A stretch of 63,547 bases of DNA, the filler included, from Lenisia limosa (Eukaryota; Protista; Breviatea): assembly GCA_001655205.1 (NCBI GenBank). It is 16 parts of 16 records of this genome, joined end to end, with 100 filler letters (N's around TTAATTAATTAA, not from the genome) between each part and the next. Parts side by side here need not be neighbours in the genome. Positions count along the whole stretch, not along the records: positions 36,604 to 44,747 come from LPNZ01000699.1; positions 44,848 to 46,789 come from LPNZ01005662.1; positions 46,890 to 55,738 come from LPNZ01003303.1; 13 more parts are not named here. The stretch is one strand, 5' to 3'. This document shows positions 36,867 through 49,539 of this stretch, in pieces; positions within the stretch are counted from its first letter, which is position 1, and each line of letters begins with the position of its first letter. The notes beneath the pieces are model-generated. The model was not told where the DNA came from. It was given only the letters and a program-made list of their open reading frames with translations, and ran no database searches. The translations under genes and the position numbers were made by a program.

Positions 36867-39647
36867 ATGGACCTTCTTCTTGACGAAAGTGAGGTTCTAC
36901 TAGAGAGTATTTTGACTGCAGTCTCATATGACATGCTCTCTGATGCTCCGCCTGATAGTCTGCTTTGGGAGGTAAGGAAGCTCCTCCTATTACCCTTCAG
37001 ATTGTCGAAGAAGTCATTGTTCTGCTTCACCCAATGTGAGAGACGGCACTCTTGTTCATGATAACTTTTTTGACCTGAGGATTATTTTGCAGAGACTCAG
37101 AAATGGTGATATCGCCGCTTGTTCCTTCTGTTCCTGAAATTTCGAAAATTTCTCTCGCGATGGTGATCGCCAAAAGTTGGTAAATTCCTTCTAAAAGAAT
37201 TACTAATCATAGTTGGTAACACGATTCCCCTTGAACGCTACAAACGAATGGACGCCTTGCGATATCTCATGGATGAGCTGACTTCCTCAAATCCTGAATT
37301 ACAGAAAGGTGTGGGGGGGTCCTCAAATCCTGAATTACAGAAAGGTGTGGGGGGGTTCATCTAAATCATAACAACGCTGAGGCTAGTTGACCCCACATTC
37401 CCCCAGTCCTTCCATTCCTCCAGTCCTATTCCTCCTTGTCCTTCCATTCCCCAGTCCTACCATTCCCCCAGTCCTTCCATTCCCCTAGTCCTTCGATTCC
37501 ACAGGTGTTAAATTCAGCCTTCAAGGAATAATGCATTTTAGGACTCTTTGAAGCGCACCTGAAGCTTGAGGACCACTTCTTATCTTCCAATGAATCTGAG
37601 GTTTGAGAACTGCCAGTAGAAAACCCTTTTCCTCTTCTCTAGGAGAGTTCTTATTCTCGCCTGAGGTTTCCACAATTATGCCACAGCCCTTTGATGTAAG
37701 TTGTTTATTGATACATGTTCTCTCTCTTCTTCTTTTTGGTGACTGCATTAGCTATTATGAAGAGAGTCACTACCAAAATAAGCGAGCCTCTGGGGTGTTC
37801 TCGTCAGTCCGCACCATGCTGTCCCACTTGGTTGATTGTCCTCCATCACTTTTGGAAAAAACAAACGTTAGTGGCTTAAAAATACGAGAGAATTTTGCCC
37901 CTATGTTGATCCTTTAGGCAATGATTGCAGGTGTTCTTCCGGTGGACTATATCCTTTCCCTCAGCCCTGTTGAAAGGCCACACATATCCGCTGCCGGCCA
38001 TGCGTTCTCCGACACAGTTTACAAGCACTTTGCTGTCAACCAAGGTCAGGATGGTTCATTTGTAATACAATAAGCCGAATGAATGCAATTCTGTTTCGTA
38101 TCTGCATTTCACAACTTTCATTATATCAGTCTCAATTGAGTTTAGGGATGTCAGTAACTGAGAAAGACGCTCTCACTGAGGGATTGTTGGAAAGTTATTC
38201 GGAACTGCGAAGAATTGTCGTCGGTATGCCCTAGGGGTATGATGCCGGCCGATATTAACCTTCAAGGTGATGAGCCATTATCCGTGAAAGGATGCGCGCA
38301 ACTTGCTCTGGCTTTGCTTGAAGGGCTACCAGGGATGCCTTTTGTGAGTGTTGTATTCTATGCAATTTATGAACGCTTCTTGTCTCTAAAGAAGAGTCTT
38401 ATTGTAACTCTCTAGGTACTGTCTAAACGATTTATCTTTGAGTTGTCTCTCCCATACCTCCCGTCTCTTCTTCCAAAGTCTGAATGTTCAAGTTTTATTC
38501 TTTTAGACACATCGCGCCTGTGACCTGTATGCTCAAGGACCCTGAGTTCTTAGAATTTGACAATTACCCTTTACTTATTGCCGATATTCCATCAAAATGC
38601 TACGATAAATTCCCAGTGTTTGCCCTGATACAAGTAGGGATACCAACTCTCTTATTGTATAGTCTCTGCTTGATTGTGCCACGAAATCACCAGACTCAAT
38701 CCAGAGGCAAAAAGCAAGACAGTCAACATGCGCTGTGCTTGAATGCCTTCCGAATGCTCAGAAGCACCAAGTTCTTCTGGTAGGCCCTCCTTTTGGAAAG
38801 GAATACTAGTACAAAGTAATCTGATTCCTTCCCTTCTCATAACGTAGATCTCTTTTTAGTTACGTAGAGTGAAATGCGAAGCATATCATTATACTTACCC
38901 CTTAGCATCTCCTTGTCAAAGACCCTTACAGTGATTACGCTGCTTTTTTGACCCAGTTTTTGAAAAATGAGGTGAGCATATGTATATATTACTGAACTGA
39001 TCAGATACACACGCTAATTTTATTTACCTAGATATCTAAACAGATATCTGAAGATAGCATGATGTCTTCGTTCTTTGCCTTACCAGGACTCTTGCCCACT
39101 TTGATCACCATGCTGCTTTCGCCTTCGTCAATGTGGTAAGTTTTCTAACCCAAATACAGGGTACTTTATTTTTCGATTCCGCTATCTCATAACTCTCAAG
39201 GAACGAAGAGTTCCTCCACTTGCCTTGGAATGACAGCCGAGCTCTTTGTCAGGTAAAAGAAGCGGTATCCTCAAGTGTCATGGTGGGTGTGTCTCTTTGT
39301 TCATTTTATCAGGCTGAAAGCAAGACAAGACTACATGACTCAAAGGGAGTTGTTGCGGAGGCCTATATTCTTGGGTGCTTTGATGGGTACAGCGGTAGCG
39401 TTCCCTGTCTCAAAGATATGGTTTGGGATATAGGTATGACCTGGTGCCTTACAAATACCGTGTTTGCTTGTATGTTTCTAATGTTGATACTGTAGGTGAA
39501 CTCTATGAACGATACGCCCAAATCCAATCTGCATGTAGTCTAGCGCAGTTTGTGGCTTTTAAGTGCCAAACTTGGACTGACTCTTGGTATGTTTCATTTG
39601 AATGCTTCAGTTTTGTTGTATTATGACATCAGGCCGATAGATGTTAA
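36867..39647 (+). CDS. Alpha-helical protein, weakly reminiscent of glomulin/ALF4/Ybp
   Basis: More than 15 GT-AG exons join in frame from MDLLLDESEV to ...WPIDV-TAA; KHQVLL|HLLVKDPYSDYAAFLTQFLKNE loosely fits the glomulin pattern, so the family call is weak. Confidence 0.45.
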
Positions 39648-39759
39648 GCGACAGATTCAATCGATACGTAAGGGGGAGGGGGTGCAATGACCATAAAGGT
39701 CATTCACTTATTGATTTAGAATCCTGCTTAAAGTTCCCAAAAAAGAATTCTAAACTTGA

Positions 39760-42700
39760 TTTAGAGGAGCCAGAAAACGTGAGTCTGATATTTCAGTTTC
39801 TTTATGGTTGCCTAAACACTCACACCATAGGATCGGCCTCCTCCACAAATGAGATTAGAGCTCGTGGAAGAATCAATAACCTACCTTTCCAAGGTGCTCT
39901 GTATCGTATAGCTTTTTAAAGAACGACATTGGCCAATATCATCATGTATCAGCCAACAAACAATAATAGATACATAGAGAATAATTCAAATAATTATAAC
40001 GGCAGCTAGAACCCAACTACCACCATTCCCGGGCCTGTGACAAAGACTTCACCCACAGTGTCGGGGGACACATCGATAATTGTTTCAAACTGAAGAGTAA
40101 GTTGCGTAATAAGGCTGATATTCTTCGTTCAGTAATAAAATGGTGGTCCGAAGCTTACTGATTTTGTGCCAGAAATGCACAAAGAGTCTGAATATGAAGA
40201 ATAGGTTGCAAACCCAATGACTCCAGTGGCACTTCAATCTATGTGGTGAGTTTTTACCCACGGCTGCTGATGTTTAAAGAAAAACACCCCCATTTCTGAA
40301 TTAGTAACTACAAATGTAAAAATGCAAAAAAAAAATGATATCATATGAAGTATATTACAGAATGTATGCACGTAACGAAATGTAAAAAAAAACATCATAA
40401 AATTGGGACATATGAATAAACTTTTTAAAACAATAGAACATAAGTAAACAACTTGTTCAGGAGATTCATTTATTTATGTAACAATTTCCCCCAAATATGG
40501 TCAAATTGTCTCCATAATACTTCCTAGAATAAATTCTGTTTCATTTATGAGCTAATTCCCACTTCAATTTCTTAGCAGTTACTACCGAGGACATAAGGAC
40601 TTACTCCGCAAACCTTGAAAGAGGAATCCAAATCCTGCTGCGCTGAAATTAGAAGCGGTTTTCCCTGGCTGTACGTGGGTTATAATGTCGACCTGTTCAT
40701 GAGAAAAAATGACTGCATTTTGAAAAGACAATTGAATTACTTCTTGAGACTCACTGGTGAAGACGGGAGAGATGAGGTTCCAGGGATACTGTCAGACGAT
40801 GAACACATAAACACCCTTCCGAGATCTACAATATTAAGACAATAGCAATCCGGAATAAATCCTATCGCCATACATCATCGTACCATTCACCATCAAACAA
40901 CTGGTATAGGTGCATTCAATTTTGGTGACACGCCCCTGGAAACCACCCAAATTACAGAAATTTATGTTAAAAGGGCTCCAAAAGAATGAGATGCTTTGAA
41001 GGACTTTGTTGTGTATCCCTGTTTAGGGTTAATTCTCAAGCCTCACGCACAGCCATAACATTATCCCACAAACAGCAGGGGCAGTGATACGAGGGTCTAC
41101 CCTCTGTGCAGCACCAGAAGTAAACTAGAAGTAGTAAGAGTGCATGTGGATGCGAAATAAAAAAGTGTTGTTAAGAGATATTGGATTATAGCATAATATT
41201 ATTTCACCCGGTCATTTGCCTTACAACTCTGTGCACACAGCTTTCTGCGTCTCCCCAGCATACCTAAAAGGATTAGATTCATGAATAAGAACAAAAGCCC
41301 CTTCACAATAACCCAGGTAGGCCTTAATTTATAGACTTAACTGAACTGGTTGAGGAGCAAAATAATTGTAACTCACCACTTCGTATTGATTGTATCCACC
41401 AGCAAAAATGGTCCCATCATCTGAGATGTTAAGAATTTTGCTACATGTAAATACATGTAGAGACAACACGAAAAATCACTTATTACTTTTCGTTTCTAAA
41501 TATCTGACTGCATGGTGAGTGCTTCGCATTTCCCAACTCACCCAGGTCAATAGTGCTAACAATCCAGTTAGCAAAAACTACAACCGCCTTTGTTCCACCT
41601 GGAAGGGGTACCTGCGAAGTATTATAAATCTCAAGTTAAATCTCGAATCTGAAACATTGATATTGTATCACTGTTTCATTGCAGCCGAACAGGCTGGTCG
41701 AATCAAATAAAAAAAAAAATTAACTGGAAGACTCCAACCCTATTTCCAACGCAAATTACGTGCAGCCCAAACCTTTCCAAAAGAAGTGTTGTCACCCCAG
41801 GAGTAGACCTCTCCAATTTCTGATGTTTTACTTTCGTAAGTGATACCCATATCATTTACCGTATACTCTGATCCTTCAAAAATATCAATTGGCCGATCAT
41901 TATGGGGAGAAGTCAGCTTACCAGTTACGAGAATGAAATGCTTCTCTCCTGCTGCCATGGCACGAACAACAAGATTCAAAGAACTGAACTCAGGTCTAAG
42001 CGTTGCGGTTGTAATCTTAAGATACTTAACACCACACGTTTAATACGAAAATGAAATGTAAAAATCAATCATCCCATACTCGGTTGTCTGTAGATGTCTG
42101 AGAAACCTCTCTGTAGACGTGGCTTCCAGCACATTTCAATTCTTCCTCTAGATTTGTAAAACCACAGAGAGTGAAAAATAACCTGCAGTGACGACACAAA
42201 TGGCCCCCACTGAGCCTGAAGCGTACTTCACCCGGGTGGCTGTGAAATATCTAAAAGATAAGTCCTGCGTATACACATCATATACAATAGAGATGAGAAA
42301 TAAAATAAGCATAGAGACTCTTCACCACCAACGGAGCAACTGAAAAATAGTTCGGAGATTTCTGCAAAATATTGCTACCAGGCTAAAAGATTAATTTCAA
42401 TTTCAGCTTGTACTATCATCTAGTTGTACCATACAAAAAAAATTTAGAAGTATCAAATTGAGTAATGTAACAACAATCTATTAAACACTCACATTTCCCA
42501 GCTGATAGTCGTTGTTTCTTCCACATGTCGCGAGGCCCGCTAAAACATAATTGCAAGAGCTATCATTCATTCCTTTAGATGATTTCGTGAAGTACACTTA
42601 CAATAAGAAGTAATGCAGTCGAATGTGCTTTCAAAAGACTTCACCTGCGTGCAGCGGGCGTAAGCAGTTTCTCCGTTCGTCTCCACCCCTAATGGGAGAT

Positions 42701-43790
42701 GGGTGTCGATTCAATAGCGATTTCGCAAAAATATGTACAGCTGGTATCCTACCATCAGCGCAATTGAGTGCACAAATGGTGTCGTAGTCATACGATTGGC
42801 CTGAAAACAAGTTGAGGGAATGTTCAATTGGATTAACCACACCATGGATCCATTTTTTATTTAGTGAACCCAACATACCTTATATCATATGTTTACATTT
42901 GGGGAATGAGAAAAATCAAAATGTTGCCAAAAGAAAGAAATGTGGTGCACACTTAAACATATTTGGCGAAAAGATATGAGAAAAAACTTCTTGCCATTAC
43001 TTATGTAACTCACTGTAAATAATACATGTGTATATGATATTATAGTATAAAATGTCATCTTGCCAAAGATAGTCTTAATAATTCCCCTTACCTTTGGTAC
43101 AGTTGGATGATTCGTAACTCAAACTAAAGACACACTGAACTATTTTTCGGTCAGTACAAGTTTGAAAAGCGAATGAAAGCTACGAAAGAAGTAATATATA
43201 TCATATAATAATAGTATACATTAAGCTTGAAGCATGTACATGTCAAAACTATATGTATATTATAAAATATACAAGAATTCCTAGATAATCATGAAACACT
43301 ATCTATTAACTATTGTCTGATAGAAGCCACCCAACCAGCCAAACAAAGGACATCTTCAGACCACCCATTTAATCACAGGTCAACCGTTTTGAGGTGAAGC
43401 TCTGTTCCAGAGAACAAGATCCCTGTTAAACCATTAAGCCATATGAAAAATTCCCACCGTGACCGAAATATCCGCGGCTGTTCCAGTGGACGTCATAGAC
43501 ATACCCGACAGTGTGATTTCAAGACCTTCGGATACCTTCGGACCTAAAACACCACATCGTAATTCTAATTGGTTAATATCAAAAACACTTGTTTTCAAAA
43601 AACTTGCCATCATTTAGGTTTGAACAGCCTACGATTGCTGATTTCTTTGAAGAAACTCTGGAATATGAACAAGTCGAAAGGTGAAGAAACCCACATATGT
43701 CACGGCATGGTTGTCGTGGGTCGGCTGGGAAAGAATAACCTGCACCCCTCCTAACCAAATTGGACTGTCAGAGTAGACAGCAATAAATCC
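39760..43790 (-). CDS. RCC1/BLIP-II-like beta-propeller protein (ends approximate)
   Basis: Repeats MAAGEKHFILVT, GEVYSWGDN, RVTKIECTYTSCLMVN|DLGRVFMC, GTIFAGGYNQY. Confidence 0.5.
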
Positions 43791-44052
43791 ATTTAAAAGC
43801 AAAAGCAGAGTGATTGAGATTGAGTTTGACTACATCATTACATCTCTTTTACACTTTCACTACATCAAGCACATTTTTCTTTTTTGTTTTGGAATTGATC
43901 ATCCTGATCCTGTCTTAAGAGAATTTCCCTGGACTCGCCTTTTCTGAGTGTTTTGAGGTTTTGAGGTGTTTGTTTACCTGCGTAATATTAAAAATCAGAC
44001 GCGGGACTTCAGCTACTTTATTCATTAATTTTCTTTCTTCTTCTCAGCTGAA

Positions 44053-44747
44053 ATGAATCAATTCCAAGGATCTAGAGACACAGGATGGGATCCACAAGGA
44101 GAGTTTTGGAGTTCAAATAAGAATAAATTTGGCATGAAGGTTTGCAGTCTTGCCACTAGATTCTCTCTCATCCTCTACCCCCTCTAGATGCTCGAAAAGA
44201 TGGGGTGGAGTGAAGGAAAAGGACTTGGTGCGGACGAAGACGGAATGACTTCTCATGTTCGCGTCAAGCAAAACAGAGAGAACTTTGGTTGGTTCTGTTC
44301 CAAAGCCGCCTTGTCCTCCTTTTTCATCTTCCATGGTTCTATAAGTTTTCTACATGTAGATAAGCTGTGAACAAATCTGAATCCTATATCTTCACCTCAC
44401 TTGGACTTGTACCCCAGCCACTAATCTCACCCAGGAATTGGAGCGGACGCCACATCCAAGGCTCGCACCGTTCATACTGACGTCTATTCCAACATTCTCA
44501 TGAAGCTCAGCGGCTCTGCCAAGGGCGAAAGCAAGGGTAAATCTGAAGACTCGAATTCCGAATCAGATTCAGCTTCGGGTTAGTGGCGTTCATTGTGTTT
44601 TATTCTTTACTCTGTTCACACAATGACACTTCAGATTCAGATTCCTCGGGTTCCTCAAGCTCTGATTCAGACTCAACTGATTCAGGTAAGGAGTCAATTG
44701 AACAATCAAGCTGCTGTTGTACACAGTATGAATCGTTGAAAGCACCC
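44053..44747 (+). CDS. PINX1: PinX1/Pxr1 G-patch protein, 5' part
   Basis: WDPQGEFWSSNKNKFGMK|MLEKMGWSEGKGLGADEDGMTSHVRVKQNRENF|GIGA. Confidence 0.8.
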
Positions 44748-44922
44748 NNNNNNNNNNNNNNNNNNNNNNNNNNNNNNNNNNNNNNNNNNNNTTAATTAAT
44801 TAANNNNNNNNNNNNNNNNNNNNNNNNNNNNNNNNNNNNNNNNNNNNGGGGGGGGGGGGGGTTAATGGAAAATTGATCAAAAAAACAAATAAAAAACCGG
44901 TAAGAAAACGCCGGGTACCGAC

Positions 44923-46410
44923 CTGGTAAACAGTGGCGTCTGATTTGCGGAGGAGCTTGGAGCTCTTGGTGTTAACACGATCGAAAGATCTGTCGTAGAT
45001 GCCAACGGAACCGCAGGTGGTGCTGCGAAAAAGTGAGGACATGTTTATGACCTGTCAGACCGCCACATTCTAATAGGGCAGGTTCGAAAAATTTCGATAA
45101 AATATCAATAATTTTCGAGGATTTATCGAGATTTTCAGTCCTTTTTTGAACCAAAGTGAAGCCCTAAAAACAGGACCCTCCCCTCACAGGTCGACGGCTT
45201 CGGGTGCCTTCTTGACCTTGAGGTTGGTGAGCTGGGCGAACTGGATCTCTTCGATAACGGGCCACTCGGGGTTGACTGAGGTGTAAAAATGGGAAATCAA
45301 CACATGCAGAAACAACTTTGCTGAACACTTGGAAGCACGTCACCATAAAATATTGAATACGTGTCTTATTATGTTAATATACTCCTTCCTGTCCTGGGAA
45401 AGAATCCAATACTCCGCCCTCATACTGGGGAAAGAAGGCTCTCTGTGGAGGTTCTGTCTCTGGCGAGCGTCGAGCTGGCGGCTTTGTGTCTGTTGGCGGT
45501 TCCNNNNNNNNNNNNNNNNNNNNNNNNNNNNNNNNNNNNNNNNNNNNNNNNNNNNNNNNNNNNNNNNNNNNNNNNNNNNNNNNNNNNATCAAGGGCAAAC
45601 CAATAAATATCCATTGGTAAGAGAGAAAACGAAAACGGAGGGAATAACAACTAGCACCATGATTGTTATAAAGACGTAAGCATAATTACATATACCAGCA
45701 TTATGATTGATGTGAAAAACAGAGAGACGAACGAGATCAAAAAAACTTCAATCAAACCTGCTGTTTGCTCTGGTTCTGTTGTTGCTGCTGCTGTTGCTGC
45801 TGCTGCTGTTGTTGCTGCTGCTGGGTCTGTTTGCTAGAGTATAAAAACGTATTCCACGCGGAAGAAGGCAGTAGAAGAGTTCAGGGAAGAAGATCACTTC
45901 ACAAACAATACAACAGACAACGTTAAATCCCCTTTAAACGTACTTGTACTTCTGACCGGGTCTGCGAACAGGCTTACGAATGGCAGGACGAACCTCAACC
46001 ATCTGGAATCCACCCTCGTTGACTGCCTCACGAGCTGTTCCTTAAAATATCACCAAAACACAATGTAGGAACTCAAATTGCGTTATTTAAGCCAGGTAGT
46101 GAGGAAAACGAAACGAAACAGCAGATGAGAACTTGAGGTTTTCATTTTAATTCAAATCGGCCGATTACACCCAAAATACCTTGTCTGAAAGCACCCATCC
46201 AGTCAGAGCACTTTCCAATGCGCTCAGATTTGTTGTATGGGAGGTAGGGAAGGTCACGGAACTTCTCAGGGACTGTCAGTGGTCCCCATCCTACATAATA
46301 AGCACCATGAGTGACCTATAAACGTGATAAAAGCCAAGCTCACCGAATTCGGAATGCTGGACCTCAGGGACCTCAAAGGGAAGTGGTTCTTTCTTATTTT
46401 GATCACCCAT
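44923..46410 (-). CDS. EIF3D: Eukaryotic translation initiation factor 3 subunit D, 5' part
   Basis: [38 protein letters not shown], polyQ tract, REPSFP|[27 protein letters not shown]; remainder lies in the linker gap. Confidence 0.9.
45076..45164. mobile_element. MITE family A copy (antisense in eIF3d intron)
   Basis: Core TTTCGAGGATTTATCGAG, right end AGTGAAGCCC-TAA. Confidence 0.7.
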
Positions 46411-46620
46411 TATGTACAAATAAGATATTAAAAGGCTATTTTTTAACAAAAAATTTTTTAAGTAAAAATTCCGCCACCGTAAATTCCTTTGTGAAAAAAA
46501 TAGAAAAAAATAAAATTAATCGCCCCCTCTTTTTGTTGTTAACCTACATTAATCGAATACTAAGACACTACGTGGGGTGAAACACGAAGGAAATAGAAAA
46601 AGGACGATTTCTCTCCAATC

Positions 46621-46674
46621 ATGAAGATAGTCACTCTTCTCACCACCCTGCTGTGCTTTGTCAGCCTATCATTG
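46621..46674 (+). CDS. First exon of a secreted or membrane protein (signal peptide)
   Basis: MKIVTLLTTLLCFVSLSL followed by a GTGGGT donor; head-to-head with eIF3d. Confidence 0.35.
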
Positions 46675-46944
46675 GTGGGTCATCTGTGGATTAGTGTTGG
46701 ATTAATCAGCCCCTAGCCTGATGAACTTGTTATTATTATTTATAATTATTATTATTATTATTCTTATTGTTGTTATTATTATTATTATTNNNNNNNNNNN
46801 NNNNNNNNNNNNNNNNNNNNNNNNNNNNNNNNNTTAATTAATTAANNNNNNNNNNNNNNNNNNNNNNNNNNNNNNNNNNNNNNNNNNNNTTTAACGACAC
46901 TCGACTTTTATGATCATCATAGCAAGTTGCTTCTCACTTTTTAG

Positions 46945-47227
46945 CTCATGAACAACCCTAATCTCATGGGTATGGCCCAACAAATGATGCAAAACCCTGA
47001 AATGATGAGAATGTAAGGGGTGTATTCTTCAACATAACTACATACGCTTTCGCATTGGTTTGTTTTCGTATGTGGAAGGGATATTGTGTAATTGTAACTG
47101 GGGAAACAATAGAGTTTGTTTCCTTATCTCTTCATTGGATGGTTGGTTGTAAGAAACTTCCTAGCCTTTGTAAGCCTCATGCTGTAGGGCGCAGAACATG
47201 ATGGGAGGAATGGGAGGAGGACAGTAA
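46945..47227 (+). CDS. STI1-type C-terminus, SGTA/Sgt2-like
   Basis: LMNNPNLMGMAQQMMQNPEMMR|MAQNMMGGMGGGQ-TAA. Confidence 0.55.
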
Positions 47228-47286
47228 TGGTAGTCTGTATTGATGTAGCTTTGATTTCAACTTCAACTTCAGATATCATATAGTAT

Positions 47287-47914
47287 TTGAGTGAGTCAGA
47301 GACGAGGATCATCTCCCTCCACGAAATCCTTGAGATGGAGTTTTCTGTTAGAGAAATTGCTGAGCTTCTTGGCGTCCCCAAGTCCACCTACGCTGATGCC
47401 TACAAATGTATTAAGGAGAATAAGGTCCCCTTGAAGAAAAACAGTGGGCGGAGACCCAAACTGTCTCTCTCTGTCGAGGGTTCTCCTCTCCTGGCTCTTT
47501 TCCCACTTCCAGGAGCCTTTTCTCCACTAAGAAGGAGATCAGATTGATGGTAGGTAGCCTTTTGAATTTTGATTTGTTTCCCTTCTATTTCTCCATTGTT
47601 TAAACATCAGGCGGCATCGAATGCAATTCAATTGATAAGAGTTGAAAATAATTGTCGGAAAATGATCCCATTTTGTATGTTTAAGTAATTATATCCTTCT
47701 AGATGAGTACGGCCTCAGCCGGGTACTTCCAATTTCTATTTCTCATTTCTACACACGCTATCATATCATGTATGATATATTACTAATATTACTTATCATA
47801 GGCCCTTTTTGGATATCAAGGTGATTTACCATCAAACAAAAGAATATATGATTATGTAAAGGAAAACAATATTATACAACATAAGAAAAATGCATTAGAA
47901 CTAAAAATACAATA
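47287..47914 (+). mobile_element. Tc1/IS630-like transposase HTH remnant, no DDE domain visible
   Basis: LSESETRIISL...EFSVREIAELLGVPKST...KKNSGRRPKLS matches the Tc1 N-terminal HTH and GRPR-like linker. Confidence 0.5.
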
Positions 47915-47932
47915 AAAGAACACAGCGAATAC

Positions 47933-49359
47933 CTAATGGATAATGGGGGCAAGGGGCATGGCCTTCATTTCCTCAAGGTTCAGCCCGGCATCCTTCTCCT
48001 GATCTACCTCTCCGACAATAGCGCTGAGGGGGGGGGGGGGGAAAANNNNNNNNNNNNNNNNNNNNNNNNNNNNNNNNNNNNNNNNNNNNNNNNNNNNNNN
48101 NNNNNNNNNNNNNNNNNNNNNNNNNNNNNNNNNNNNNNNNNNNNNNNNNNNNNNNNNNNNNNNNNNNNTTACAAAACACACACGAGTAAAAAAAACAAAA
48201 AAAAAAACAATGTCCAGGCCAGTCGCTTCTCCAAAAGCAAAAGGCCCATCAATAGACAAAATAGAAAATAACATATTATACGCCAAAAACTCAAACATAA
48301 AATCTGCGACTAAATATTTTGAAACACAAGGGTAGGAGGTTGGTAAACATTTGAAAAACACACAAAGGTTGTAAAAACAAAAAAAAACACACACACAGAT
48401 ACACAAAGCCCAGGCAAGTCGCTCCAGCGTNNNNNNNNNNNNNNNNNNNNNNNNNNNNNNNNNNNNNNNNNNNNNNNNNNNNNNNNNNNNNNNNNNNNNN
48501 NNNNNNNNNNNNNNNNNNNNNNNNNNNNNNNNNNNNNNNNNNNNNNNNNNNNNNNNNNNNNNNNNNNNNNNNNNNNNNNNNNNNNNNNNNNNNNNNNNNN
48601 NNNNNNNNNNNNNNNNNNNNNNNNNNNNNNNNNNNNNNNNNNNNNNNNNNNNNNNNNNNNNNNNNNNNNNNNNNNNNNNNNNNNNTTCCCTCCCGCATAC
48701 TAGTCCAGAGTGTAGAAGTAATGAAATTAATTATTAAAAATGTTGAAGGAGTTGAGTGAAAGGTGCCCATAAACTATACTGAGGATGATCCCAGAAGATA
48801 TATTTCTGTCATTGTCTAAAAAAAAACAAAAAAAAACAATAACACGATTATGAATACTATTGGGGAAGCTCAATATTGTAAAATAGTTCAGACTGTTTTC
48901 AAAAGGAATAATGTGAGGAATGCAATATTGAGACAACAAAACAAATGATTGGAAAGAATACGCGAGAAAACTTGACGTTACCGTCAATGGGCCTATGTGG
49001 CAATTTTAAATAAACACTTGTCAATGCAAGAACTTGCTATAAACAAGAAAAAGAAAACTGTGACTCCATTTACATGTTATCACCACGGATGATATATACA
49101 CCGAGAGGTACAATTTCAACTCCCTAGAAGGGTGAGAAGGGCCACAGAACAGCCTCAAACTTACAACATCAGTTGAATACACTCTCTCATGGCACTTGCT
49201 GAGAATCACGTTGATAGTCTGATCAAATCCCTTCATTTCACCCTAGATTCTGTTAAGTTTTGACCAGACAACACCGCTTATACCCACAACAAGGTGCCTT
49301 CCGTCACAGGTAACAACAGAAACCATTTTATCTCTCCAGTCCGCAATAGATGACGCCAT
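47933..49359 (-). CDS. LSM8: U6 snRNA-associated Sm-like protein LSm8
   Basis: MASSIADWRDKMVSVVTCDGRHLV|GEMKGFDQTINVILSKCHERVYSTDV|GVEIVPLGVYIIRGDN|IAIVGEVDQEKD...PIIH-TAG. Confidence 0.9.
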
Positions 49360-49539
49360 TTTGTTTCGTTTGTAGCAAAATAGGCTGCTCATTTCGAAAT
49401 TTTTGAATAAAGGAAGTTATCGCGGCCGGAAATATGTACCAGTGCACATATAAGTTAACCATTTTCAAAATTTCATGTCAGTCTGTTCAGTTTAATGAGA
49501 GGAAGTCTTCTGTAAATGAGCCTAAACTGAAGTATTAAA

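Noticed and set aside
4184-44747. TEP1 and PinX1 in one window as a telomerase cluster
   Set aside because: They are 36 kb apart with many unrelated genes between, so there is no evidence of functional clustering.
46720-46790. (ATT)n, (ATC)n at 31080-31130, TTACATTAG repeats at 5390-5520 and AAC-rich 58840-58930
   Set aside because: Ordinary microsatellites or low-complexity intron DNA.
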